Of a DNA stretch of 41,122 nt, positions 17,354 to 26,135 are shown in pieces; position 1 is the stretch's first letter, and each line of letters begins with the position of its first letter. The position numbers and the translations under genes were made by a program. The notes under the pieces were generated by a model. The model did no database searches, was not told the DNA's origin, and was given only the letters and a program-made list of their open reading frames with translations. The DNA is taken from positions 1-41,122 of the forward strand of contig SKMI01000134.1 in assembly GCA_007121115.1 (NCBI GenBank), read 5' to 3'. The DNA comes from Paracoccaceae bacterium. GTDB taxonomy: Bacteria; Pseudomonadota; Alphaproteobacteria; Rhodobacterales; Rhodobacteraceae.

Positions 17354-18228
17354 GCCTTCAGGCCCAGCAGGTCGGCGATATTGGCGGACGCATCCTCGAA
17401 CCAGCCAAGCTGCCCGCCGGGCGCGGTCAGCACCACGGTCATGCCGGGGCCGTAACCGGGGCGCGGCCCGTCGGTCTGCCCGACGATGCCGATGGACAGC
17501 GCGCCGCGCAGATAGCCGTGGTTGTAGCGGCTGTCGGTGTCCTGAATGGCGACCAGATCGCCCAGCCGCAGCTTGTCCAGCCCAAGTTCCGCCAGCACTG
17601 CGCGGTCAGTGGACTGGATGTGCAGCGACCCCCCTTCCGAGGTCAGCCCCAGCCCCGCGCCGACGAAATGCGCGGGCACCACGCCCGCGACACCGAGCTT
17701 CAACACCCCGTCCTCCAGCCGCTTGGGCAGCAGGTCGAAGAGCTTGGGCGACAGCGACTTGCACGCGACATCCGGGCAGTCCGGCAGCGCCATGCCAACC
17801 CCTTCGGCGCGCACCAGAATCTGGTCGCCGATGGCGATCTGGCGGCGGGTCTCCGCGTCGAAATGGATGATCACCTGATCCGAGAATCGCCCCGATTTGC
17901 CGGTGACCACCCCACGCGCGCCCTTGGCCGCGCCGCTGACCACCATCGCCTCGTTGCCGACGCAGGAGAAGACGTTGAGCGCGCGATTCTTGTCGGCCTG
18001 CGCGTGGGAAATGCTGACCGACGGGTGCACGCAATCCCCGGTCCAACCAAAGGCCGGGTCGCCCACGGTGACGTTGTAAACAATCCCGCCGAAAGTGGGC
18101 CACAGGAAGGGTTTTCCGTCGGCGGTCAGCCGGTAGGGTTCGGACGGCAGCCCGGTCATGGACGGGTTGGCGGCCTGACCGGCGACCGAAACGGTGACAA
18201 GATCGGCGGCGTTGGTGGCGATGGTCAT
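17350..18228 (-). CDS. DUF4438-like protein, copy B
   Basis: GGIVYNVTVGDPAFGW, CVGNEAMVVSGAAKGARGVVTG, LGLDKLRLGDLVAIQD, GYGPG; aligns by eye over its full length with the adjacent copy. Confidence 0.75.
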   Translation of the reverse strand: MTIATNAADLVTVSVAGQAANPSMTGLPSEPYRLTADGKPFLWPTFGGIVYNVTVGDPAFGWTGDCVHPSVSISHAQADKNRALNVFSCVGNEAMVVSGAAKGARGVVTGKSGRFSDQVIIHFDAETRRQIAIGDQILVRAEGVGMALPDCPDVACKSLSPKLFDLLPKRLEDGVLKLGVAGVVPAHFVGAGLGLTSEGGSLHIQSTDRAVLAELGLDKLRLGDLVAIQDTDSRYNHGYLRGALSIGIVGQTDGPRPGYGPGMTVVLTAPGGQLGWFEDASANIADLLGLKA

Positions 18229-18231
18229 GGC

Positions 18232-19092
18232 TCAGCCCTCCAGCTTCAGGCAGGTTGCGATATTGGCGGCCGGGTCGATGGTGAAATCGATCTCGCCACC
18301 GCGCGCGGTCATCAGGGTCAGGATGCCGGGGCCGTGCCCGGTCATCACCGAATCGCCGTGGATGCACAGCGCGATGGAGACCGCGCCGGTGCGGTAGGAC
18401 CGGCCATAGTGGTGGTCCGCATGGCGAATCGCGATCAGATCGCCCAGCCGCATCTGGTCGATGCCCAGTTCAGCCATCAGCGCCCGGTCGCCCGACATCA
18501 GATCCTGATCCACGTATTCGCTGTTCAGCTCCGCGCCTGAGCCCATGATCCGGATCGGCAGTTCCATCGCCACCGGCACATGCAGCCGTCCGCCCGATTC
18601 GGTGATGTTCATGGCGTGCAGCAGGCGTGGGCTCATCTTCTTCAACTCCACCCCCGGGTGATCGGTGAGCGCGAGGCCATTGCCGCGGGTGATGATCTGC
18701 ACCTGATCGCCCGGCGCCATCAGGTCATGCGCTTCCGCGTCGAACTGCACGAGGATGCGCGCATGTTCGCCGATGACGATGCCCTTTGCCCCGGCGGCCA
18801 TGCCGGAGGTCACCACTGCGTCGTTGCCGATGCAGTTGAGGTAATGCAGCGCGTGGTGCCGCCCGCTGTCGGGGTCGTCGATGGACACGCCCGGCTCCAC
18901 ATGGTCGGCGGCCCAGCCGAACGCCCGGTCGCCGCAGCGCACGTTGTAGACGACACCGAACATCCCCGGCAGCACCGTGGCGCGGCCATCGGGGTATGGG
19001 ATATACTGCCCGGGACGCACGGCGGCATCGGCGACGCGCGCCGCCACTGCCATCTCCACAAGCGTGGATTCATTGGTTTTCAGGCGTGGCAT
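18232..19092 (-). CDS. DUF4438-like protein, copy A
   Basis: Start placed at ATG 19092 (AGGGAGG RBS 8 nt upstream). GVVYNVRCGDRAFGWAADHVEPGVS, CIGNDAVVTSG, MGSG, MRLGDLIAI, IHGDS...GHGPG. Confidence 0.78.
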   Translation of the reverse strand: MPRLKTNESTLVEMAVAARVADAAVRPGQYIPYPDGRATVLPGMFGVVYNVRCGDRAFGWAADHVEPGVSIDDPDSGRHHALHYLNCIGNDAVVTSGMAAGAKGIVIGEHARILVQFDAEAHDLMAPGDQVQIITRGNGLALTDHPGVELKKMSPRLLHAMNITESGGRLHVPVAMELPIRIMGSGAELNSEYVDQDLMSGDRALMAELGIDQMRLGDLIAIRHADHHYGRSYRTGAVSIALCIHGDSVMTGHGPGILTLMTARGGEIDFTIDPAANIATCLKLEG

Positions 19093-19186
19093 GCGCACGT
19101 CCTCCCTCGCTTGGATGCCCCGGCCTTGGTGCTTTGGCGCGGGCCGGTTTCAGGTTGACAAACCGCCGTTGACTTGCAACGTGTAG

Positions 19187-19198
19187 ATTGTCGACATT
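19187..19198. promoter_or_regulatory. Putative GntR/FadR operator, site 1 (divergent catabolic operons)
   Basis: ATTGTCGACATT with palindromic core TGTCGACA, between TTGACA (19155, +) and TTGACA (19239, -). Confidence 0.7.
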
Positions 19199-19313
19199 CT
19201 TCGATCACGATGGGATACACGAGCGATCCGACGTGTCAAGCGCCCGCTGGCCTCGCCGCGCCAGGGAACCGGGGCCGGTCGACCCGAAACACGCGGCGCA
19301 GGAAAGGATTCGT

Positions 19314-20849
19314 ATGGGGTATGCGGCACTTCTGGACACCGCGGGGCGGGTGAACGATTTCCTGAACGCAGGCTCGATCCTGTCCTGGGACGCGCGCACG
19401 ATGATGCCGGAGGGCGGCGCGCCCTCGCGCGCCAAGCAGTTGTCCACGTTGGCGGTGGCGGCGCGTGATCTGCTGTGCTCGGACGAGATGCGGCGCAATC
19501 TGGACGCGGCCGAGGCCGAGTGCGCCGCGCTCCCCGAGGACAGCCCCGAACGCGCCACCATCGCGCAGGTGCGCGAGGCGATCGATTATCACGACCGCAT
19601 CCCCACCGAACTCCTGCGCCGCAAGACCGAACTGGGCTCGAACGCCCACGCGGTCTGGGCCGACGCCCGCGCCAATGCCGATTTTGCGCGCTTCGCCCCC
19701 GCGCTGGAGGAGATGGTCGCCATCAACCGCGAAATGGCGCACGCCATCGGCTTCGCCGACCATCCCTATGACGCGCTGATGTACCGGTTCGAACCCGGCA
19801 CCACCACGGCGCAGCTGCGCGATCTGTTCGGCACCCTGCGCGCGGGCATGCAGCCGCTGGTGCAGGCCATTGGCGAGCGGGAACAGCCGCGCTCGGATTT
19901 CCTCTATCGCGCCTTCCCCGAGGATGCGCAGATGCGCTTCGCACTGCAGATGGCCGAAACCATCGGCTATGACACGGCGCGCGGGCGGCTGGACCTGACC
20001 GTGCATCCGTTCGAGATCAGCTTCACCCGCAACGATGTGCGCATCACCACGCGGGTCAGCCGCAATTACATGCCCATGTCCCTCTTCGGCGCGCTGCACG
20101 AGGCCGGGCACGCGCTCTATGAGCAGAACGTGGACCCGGACTATACCCGCACGCCGCTGGCCACCGACATGATCAGCCTTTATGCAGTGGGCGGCGTCAG
20201 CTTCGGCGCGCATGAATCCCAGTCGCGGCTGTGGGAGAACCATGTCGGGCGCAGCGCGGCCTTCTGGGCCAACCATTTCGGCACCCTGCGCGATGCCTTC
20301 CCCGACCAGTTGGCCGACGTCTCGGCCGAGGAATTCCACGCCGCCGTCAACCGCGCCCGCCCCAGCCTGATCCGGGTCGAGGCGGATGAGCTGACTTATG
20401 ACTTCCACGTCATGCTGCGGGTCGATCTGGAAAGCCGGATGATCGACGGCTCGCTGGATGTCGCCGACCTGCCCGAGGCCTGGAACGCGGGCATGAAATC
20501 CATGCTGGGCGTCGATGTGCCCGATGACGCGCAGGGCGTGCTGCAGGATGTGCACTGGTCCTCGGGGCAGATCGGGACCTTCTGCAACTACACCATCGGC
20601 AACATCATGGCCGCGCAGCTTTTCGACACGGCGACCACGCAGGACGCAGGCATCGCTTCGGCGCTGGAGGGTGCCGATTACACGCCGCTGCGCGACTGGC
20701 TGACCGATAACGTGTGCCGCCACGGACGGCGGTATTCCCGCGACGAGTTGCTGCGCCGCGCCACCGGGGGCCCGCTCGATCCGCAGCCTTATCTTCGGTA
20801 TCTGACCGACAAGTACAGCGCGCTCTACGGCCTGCCGCGCGCCGCCTGA
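19314..20849 (+). CDS. M32 family carboxypeptidase (Taq-like)
   Basis: ATG 19314 after AAGGA. LSWD...MP.GG, HPF, DVRITTR, HEAGH (HExxH), HESQSR, IRVEADE, LQDVHW. Confidence 0.95.
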   Translation: MGYAALLDTAGRVNDFLNAGSILSWDARTMMPEGGAPSRAKQLSTLAVAARDLLCSDEMRRNLDAAEAECAALPEDSPERATIAQVREAIDYHDRIPTELLRRKTELGSNAHAVWADARANADFARFAPALEEMVAINREMAHAIGFADHPYDALMYRFEPGTTTAQLRDLFGTLRAGMQPLVQAIGEREQPRSDFLYRAFPEDAQMRFALQMAETIGYDTARGRLDLTVHPFEISFTRNDVRITTRVSRNYMPMSLFGALHEAGHALYEQNVDPDYTRTPLATDMISLYAVGGVSFGAHESQSRLWENHVGRSAAFWANHFGTLRDAFPDQLADVSAEEFHAAVNRARPSLIRVEADELTYDFHVMLRVDLESRMIDGSLDVADLPEAWNAGMKSMLGVDVPDDAQGVLQDVHWSSGQIGTFCNYTIGNIMAAQLFDTATTQDAGIASALEGADYTPLRDWLTDNVCRHGRRYSRDELLRRATGGPLDPQPYLRYLTDKYSALYGLPRAA

Positions 20850-20869
20850 ACCCTAGGGAGTTTTCCACC

Positions 20870-22075
20870 ATGACCACCCCCCGCCTTGCGAAGCGCGTCA
20901 AGCTGTCGGACGCGCATCTGATCACGCGGATGCTGGATATCGCCAACGGACTTGATGATGTGATCAAGCTCGGCCGCGGCGATCCGGATCTGGACACGCC
21001 GGCGCATGTGATCCGCGCCGGGCAGGACGCGCTGGCCAACGGTGCCACGCATTACACCCATCCCATGGGGATCGTCGAGTTGCGCCGCGCCATCGCCGAG
21101 AGCATCCGTGCCCAGGGCGGGGCCGACTACGCCGAGGACGAGATCATCGTCACCCCCGGCGGCCAGCAGGCGATGTTCATCATCGCGCTGACGCTCCTGG
21201 ACCCGGGCGACGAGATCATCGTGCCCTGCCCCGGCTACAACCCCTATGGCCAGGCCGCCGAGCTTTCGGATGCCACCGTGGTCCCGGTGCCCATGGGGAT
21301 GGAGACGAACTTCACCCTGACGGCCGAGATGATTGCGCCGCATATCACCGAAAAGTCGCGGATTCTGGTGCTGATCAACCCCAACAACCCCACCGGCACC
21401 GTCACGCCGCCTGATGAGGTGCGCAAGATCGCCGAACTGGCGGCGAAGCACGACCTGATCGTGATCTCGGATGAAATCTACGCGCAGATCGTCTTTGGCA
21501 ACCACAAGGTGCAGCCGGTCGCTGCCCTGCCGGGGATGCGTGAGCGCACGATCACCCTTTCGGGCGTGTCCAAGGCCTATGCCATGACCGGCTGGCGGCT
21601 GGGCTGGATTGCCGGGCCGCGCGAGTTGATGACGCCCATGTCCGAGATCCACCACGCGCTGGCGATCTCGACCGCTGCCGTGAGCCAGCATGCCGCGCTG
21701 GCGGCGCTCACCGGCCCGCAGGACTGCGTGGCGGAAATGCGCGCCGAATACGACCGCCGCCGCCGCGCGATCCTGCAGGGCCTGGACGCCATGGGCATGG
21801 GCTACGCCGAGCCGCAGGGCGCGTTCTACATCTACGCCGATGTCTCCAGCCTGAAGCTGGGGGTCACGGCCTCGGCGTTCTGCGAGCGGCTTTTGGCCGA
21901 GGGCCGGGTGATGATGTATCCCGGCACGATCTATGGCGATCACACCGACGATTTCGTCCGCATGTCCATGACCCAGCCCGTGCCCCGGATCGAAGAGGCG
22001 ATGCGCCGCATGGCGGGCGTGGTCGAAGCCATTCGGTCGGAAACAAGGGCGGAAGCCCGCGCTCCCGCCCAGTAA
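20870..22075 (+). CDS. PLP-dependent aminotransferase class I/II (paralogue of 12665-13846)
   Basis: ATG 20870 after GGGAG. LGRGDPD, NPNNPTG, SDEIY, SKAYAMTGWRLG, FVRMS. Confidence 0.93.
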   Translation: MTTPRLAKRVKLSDAHLITRMLDIANGLDDVIKLGRGDPDLDTPAHVIRAGQDALANGATHYTHPMGIVELRRAIAESIRAQGGADYAEDEIIVTPGGQQAMFIIALTLLDPGDEIIVPCPGYNPYGQAAELSDATVVPVPMGMETNFTLTAEMIAPHITEKSRILVLINPNNPTGTVTPPDEVRKIAELAAKHDLIVISDEIYAQIVFGNHKVQPVAALPGMRERTITLSGVSKAYAMTGWRLGWIAGPRELMTPMSEIHHALAISTAAVSQHAALAALTGPQDCVAEMRAEYDRRRRAILQGLDAMGMGYAEPQGAFYIYADVSSLKLGVTASAFCERLLAEGRVMMYPGTIYGDHTDDFVRMSMTQPVPRIEEAMRRMAGVVEAIRSETRAEARAPAQ

Positions 22076-22111
22076 ACGCCCCCGCCCAGTAATCCCGACA
22101 CGGAGACCGAG

Positions 22112-22603
22112 ATGACCGTCAAGACCGACAACCCCAACGTCAAGGGCATCAAGCACATGGCCTTTGCCGTGCGCGATGCCGCCGCCGCGCTGGAGGCCTA
22201 CGCCCGTTTCCTGCACGTCCCGGCCGACACCGAGATCGTGCATTTCCCCAAGTCCGGCAACAAGGTCGCGCTCTTCAACCTCGGCGGGATCGAATATCAG
22301 CTGTGCGAATCCACCGACCCCGATGGCCGCTTCGCCGCCTGGATCAAGGAGCGCGGCGCCGAGGGCCTGCACCATATCTGCTACGAGGTCGATGACATCG
22401 ACGCAGCACTTGAACACGCCAAGTCGCAGGGGGCCGAGTTGCGCCTGTGCAAGGCGTGTGGGGTCTACGGATCGCACGCCCACCCCGAGGGCTGGGTGGC
22501 GTTTCTGGACAATGACGCCGGCGGGATCGAGATCGAATTCATGCAGGTCTACACGCCCGAGCAGCTGGACGCCTACAACAAGTCGGGGGCCGAGGCGGTA
22601 TGA
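22112..22603 (+). CDS. VOC (glyoxalase / methylmalonyl-CoA epimerase-like) family protein
   Basis: KHMAFAVRD, YQL, GAEGLHHICYEVDDIDAA, IEFMQ give an H/Q/H/E metal ligand set. Confidence 0.85.
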   Translation: MTVKTDNPNVKGIKHMAFAVRDAAAALEAYARFLHVPADTEIVHFPKSGNKVALFNLGGIEYQLCESTDPDGRFAAWIKERGAEGLHHICYEVDDIDAALEHAKSQGAELRLCKACGVYGSHAHPEGWVAFLDNDAGGIEIEFMQVYTPEQLDAYNKSGAEAV

Positions 22604-23601
22604 GCACGGATGCGAAAGCCCCGCTGACCGTCGGCACCGCCAGCGCCGCGCCGGGCACATCGGCGCGCGGGGCCATCCCGGCCGGCGTCCTGGCCGGGGG
22701 CGTGGCGGTGGAAATCCCCGTGGTGGTGATCCACGGCGCCAGACCCGGCCCGGTGTTTTGGGTCAACGGGGCGATCCACGGTGACGAGCCCGAAGGCCCG
22801 CGCGCCTGCCATCTGGCCATGGCGCGGATCGATCCGGCGGAGCTTTCCGGCGCGGTAGTGATGGTGCCGGTGGTCAACCCGCTGGCGTTTTCCGCGGCCG
22901 AGCGCGGCAACCCGCTCGATACCTTCAGCTACGACATGAACCGCATTTATCCGGGCAAGCCCGGTGGCCATTTCTCGGAACGCGTGGCGCATGCGCACTG
23001 GAGCGCGATGAAGGATGTCGCCGACATGGAGATCTCGATCCATTCGGGCGGCGCGCATTCCTTCCTGGACAAGGCGATCTTCGTCGACGAACGCCCCGAG
23101 TCGGTGGAACTGGCCCGCGCCATGGGCGAGGGCTGGGGCTGCATCATGTCGAACTTCTCGACCTCGGGCAGCCCGATGGCGGCGCTGAACGCGGCGGGCA
23201 AGGTGGGGATCACGGTGGAACTGGGCGGGCGGTCCGCGACCTCGCCCGAACGCTTCCGGTATGTGGCCGAGGAACTGGCGAAATCCATCCTCAACATCTG
23301 CTACCATTACAAGATGCTGCCCGGCACGCCGACCTATCCGGACCCGGCGTGGAAAGGTGTACAGGAGGCGTTGCTTGCCCCGGCATCGGGGATCTTCCTG
23401 CCGGTGGAGGGGGTGGATTTCCTGACCATGATGAAGGCGGGCGATCCGATTGCGCGGATCGTCGATGTGTACGGCGATACGGTGGGCGAACTGGCCGCCC
23501 CGGCGGACGGCATGTTCTTCGGCCTGCGCGCGCTGCCCAACGTCAGCATCGGCGACTGGTGCTGCTTCTTCTGCAAGGTGGAGGGCCGCCGTGACCTCTA
23601 G
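22600..23601 (+). CDS. Succinylglutamate desuccinylase/aspartoacylase family Zn deacylase (M14-like, DoeB-like)
   Basis: GAIHGDE (HxxE), VPVVNP, DMNRIYPG, SIHSGG, TVELGG, C-terminal biotinyl-like domain (APASG...AAPADG). Confidence 0.9.
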   Translation: MSTDAKAPLTVGTASAAPGTSARGAIPAGVLAGGVAVEIPVVVIHGARPGPVFWVNGAIHGDEPEGPRACHLAMARIDPAELSGAVVMVPVVNPLAFSAAERGNPLDTFSYDMNRIYPGKPGGHFSERVAHAHWSAMKDVADMEISIHSGGAHSFLDKAIFVDERPESVELARAMGEGWGCIMSNFSTSGSPMAALNAAGKVGITVELGGRSATSPERFRYVAEELAKSILNICYHYKMLPGTPTYPDPAWKGVQEALLAPASGIFLPVEGVDFLTMMKAGDPIARIVDVYGDTVGELAAPADGMFFGLRALPNVSIGDWCCFFCKVEGRRDL

Positions 23602-23640
23602 CGCGACCCTCAGAGGTTACGCCCTGTCCAGGTGCCGCGC

Positions 23641-24543
23641 ATGAACCGGGCGCGCGATCTGGCGGGGTACGGCCCCGCCCCGCCCGACATCACCTGGCCC
23701 AACGGCGCGCGGCTGGCACTGAACTTCGTGCTCAACGTCGAGGAGGGGTCCGAGTATTCGGTCCCGGACGGCGACAGCGCCAGCGAGGCCGCGCTGATCG
23801 AGGTGCGCGCCAGCCGCGTGCCGCGCGGCGACCGAGACCTCGCCGCCGAAAGCATGTACGAGTACGGTAGCCGCGTGGGCTTCTGGCGCATTCATGAGCT
23901 GTTCCGCAGCCGCGGTCTGCCGCTCACGGTCTTCGCCGCTGCGCAGGCGCTGGAGCGCTGCCCGCAGATCGCGCGGGCGATCCGCGAGACCGATTGGGAC
24001 ATCTGCGCCCATGGCTGGCGCTGGATCGAACACTACCACCTCGACCCCGCGACCGAGGCCGAACACATCGCCCGCGCCCATGCTTCGATCACCGAGACGC
24101 TGGGCCGCGCGCCGCGCGGGTTCTACTGCCGCTATTCGGCCTCGGCGGCGACGCGCGGGCTGCTGGTGCAGCACGGCGGGTTCGATTACGACAGCGACGC
24201 CTATAACGACGATCTGCCCTACTGGACCGAAGCCGCCGGGCAACCGCATCTGGTCATCCCCTACACCATGGTCAACAACGACGCCAAGTTCCTGGCCGGA
24301 GACGTGTTTTCCGCCCGCGCTTTCGGCGATTTCCTGATCGACGGGTTCGATGTCCTGCGCGCGGAAAGCCCGCGCTGGCCGCGGATGATGTCGGTGGGGC
24401 TGCACGCGCGGATCATCGGGCATCCGGGCCGGCTGGCCGGGCTGATCCGGTTTCTGGACCACGTGCAGGGGTGCAGTGACGTCTGGGTCTGCGGCCGCGC
24501 CGCGCTGGCGGACCACTGGCGCGCGAAGGTGCCGCCGCCATGA
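23641..24543 (+). CDS. puuE: Allantoinase PuuE-like (polysaccharide deacetylase fold)
   Basis: RDLAGYG, WPNGARLA, NVEEG, ESMYEYGSRVGFWR, HGWRW, YDSDAYNDDLPYW, MMSVGLHARIIGHPGR. Start is ATG 23641 or GTG 23632. Confidence 0.82.
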   Translation: MNRARDLAGYGPAPPDITWPNGARLALNFVLNVEEGSEYSVPDGDSASEAALIEVRASRVPRGDRDLAAESMYEYGSRVGFWRIHELFRSRGLPLTVFAAAQALERCPQIARAIRETDWDICAHGWRWIEHYHLDPATEAEHIARAHASITETLGRAPRGFYCRYSASAATRGLLVQHGGFDYDSDAYNDDLPYWTEAAGQPHLVIPYTMVNNDAKFLAGDVFSARAFGDFLIDGFDVLRAESPRWPRMMSVGLHARIIGHPGRLAGLIRFLDHVQGCSDVWVCGRAALADHWRAKVPPP

Positions 24544-25076
24544 GCGCCGATCCCCCCGCGATCCGGCTCGGCGCCCCCGACCCGGCGGCCTTTGCGCCCT
24601 ACGGTCGGTTGGTTCACCCGCCCGAGGTGCCGGGGCGGCGCGCTTTCTACAGCGACACGCTCCAGCCGCCGCCACCCGGCACCGCGCCGGTGCTGCATGT
24701 CAACCACGTGCTGCCCTGTGAATTGCCGCTGACCGTCACCGGGCTGGAGCGCCACCCCCACGCCGCGCAGGTGTTCATCCCGCTCGACGTGACGCGCTAT
24801 CTGGTCCTCGTCGCCCCCTCCGACGCCGCAGGTGAACCGGACATGGCCGACGCGCTGGCCTTCATCCTGCCAGGCACCGTGGGCGTGATATATGCCCCCG
24901 ACGTCTGGCACATGGGCGCCACGGTGCTCGACCGTCCCGGCGCCTTCACCGTGCTCATGCACCGTGGCGGCGCGCTGGAGGATGACGTGTTCCGGACCAT
25001 CGCGCCCGTGCGTCTGATCGATTCCCGCGCGGCGCACAGCCGCCCCGAGACCATATCAACCGAGGTGTCCGAATGA
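24540..25076 (+). CDS. allA: Ureidoglycolate lyase-like cupin protein
   Basis: AFAPYG, LERHP...QVFIPL, VIYAPDVWH; ATGA-coupled to puuE. Confidence 0.75.
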   Translation: MSADPPAIRLGAPDPAAFAPYGRLVHPPEVPGRRAFYSDTLQPPPPGTAPVLHVNHVLPCELPLTVTGLERHPHAAQVFIPLDVTRYLVLVAPSDAAGEPDMADALAFILPGTVGVIYAPDVWHMGATVLDRPGAFTVLMHRGGALEDDVFRTIAPVRLIDSRAAHSRPETISTEVSE

Positions 25077-25978
25077 CCCGCCACAAGATCGAGCTTTTCG
25101 TCCCCGCCATCACCCCCTTCGCCGAGGATCTGTCGGTCGATCACCCCCGGCTGGTGGCCCATGCCCGCGCGCTTCTGGACGCGGGCGCGCATGGGCTTGC
25201 ACCCTTCGGCACCACGAGCGAGGCGAATTCCATGTCCGTGGCCGAACGCATGGCCGCGCTGGAGGCGCTGGTCGAAGGGGGGATCGACCCCGCCCGGCTG
25301 ATCCCCGGCACCGGCTGCGCGGCGCTCCCCGACACGGTGGCGTTGAGCGCGCATGCGACGCGGCTGGGCTGCCGTGGCGTGCTGATGCTGCCGCCGTTCT
25401 ATTACAAGGGCGTGCCCGAAGACGGAGTCTTCGCCGCCTATGCCCATGTGATCGAGGCGGTGGGGGCCGCGGATCTGGGCGTCTACCTCTATCACATCCC
25501 GCAGATGTCCGGCGTGCCGATCTCGCTTTCGCTGATCGAACGGTTGATGACGGCCTATCCCGGCACCATCCGCGGGCTGAAGGACAGCGCCGGGGCGTGG
25601 GAGTATGCGCGCGACGTGATCGCCGCCTTCCCCGAGATCGCCACCTATTCGTCGAGCGAGGCGCTGATCGTCAAGAACGCCACCGCCGGGGGCGCGGGCT
25701 GCATCAGCGCCTCGTCCAACGTGAACGCGCGCGGCATCCGGGCGCTGATCGACGCGCTGGGGACGGACGCAGAGGCAGCGGCGCTGGAGCAGGTCAGCGC
25801 GATCCGCGCGATCTTCGAGGGGCTGCCGTTGATCCCGGCGATCAAGGCCGCCGTCGCCCTGCAGCACGATGACCCGGCCTTCGCCCGGCTGCGCCCTCCG
25901 TTCATGGCGACCGGCGCCGAGCACACCGACGCAATCACGCGGGCCGTTTCGCTCGCGCGTGAAGGCGTGGCGGCATGA
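25073..25978 (+). CDS. Dihydrodipicolinate synthase (DapA/NAL) family aldolase/dehydratase
   Basis: ITPF, GTTSE, LPPFYYK, LYHIPQ, GLKDSAG (Schiff-base Lys). Confidence 0.88.
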   Translation: MTRHKIELFVPAITPFAEDLSVDHPRLVAHARALLDAGAHGLAPFGTTSEANSMSVAERMAALEALVEGGIDPARLIPGTGCAALPDTVALSAHATRLGCRGVLMLPPFYYKGVPEDGVFAAYAHVIEAVGAADLGVYLYHIPQMSGVPISLSLIERLMTAYPGTIRGLKDSAGAWEYARDVIAAFPEIATYSSSEALIVKNATAGGAGCISASSNVNARGIRALIDALGTDAEAAALEQVSAIRAIFEGLPLIPAIKAAVALQHDDPAFARLRPPFMATGAEHTDAITRAVSLAREGVAA

Positions 25979-26040
25979 TATCGCCTTTGGCCGATCGCCG
26001 CGCTTTGCAGGTCAGCGGTCCCGCCCCGGGGAAGCCGTGC

Positions 26041-26083
26041 AAAGCGCCCTCGGGTCGTGTCCCGCACGCCCCGAGGGCGCTTT
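26041..26083. terminator. Strong intergenic hairpin, possible bidirectional terminator or REP-like element
   Basis: AAAGCGCCCTCGGG (26041-26054) and CCCGAGGGCGCTTT (26070-26083) form a perfect 14-bp inverted repeat with an inner CGTG/CACG stem. Confidence 0.65.
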
Positions 26084-26135
26084 CCGCGTCCGCGCTTTTC
26101 CGCGAAGCGATCGACGATAATGGCATGAGGGTGCG

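Noticed and set aside
15105-23601. Canonical ectoine degradation (doeABCD/eutABCDE) cluster
   Set aside because: The DoeA-like and DoeB-like folds are in separate operons, the aminotransferases are class I rather than class III, and no ectoine-type transporter or EutB/EutC is present.
25073-25978. Calling this gene dapA (lysine biosynthesis)
   Set aside because: It has GTTSE and LYHIPQ rather than the canonical GTTGE and YNVPGRT, and the context is catabolic; left as a family-level call.
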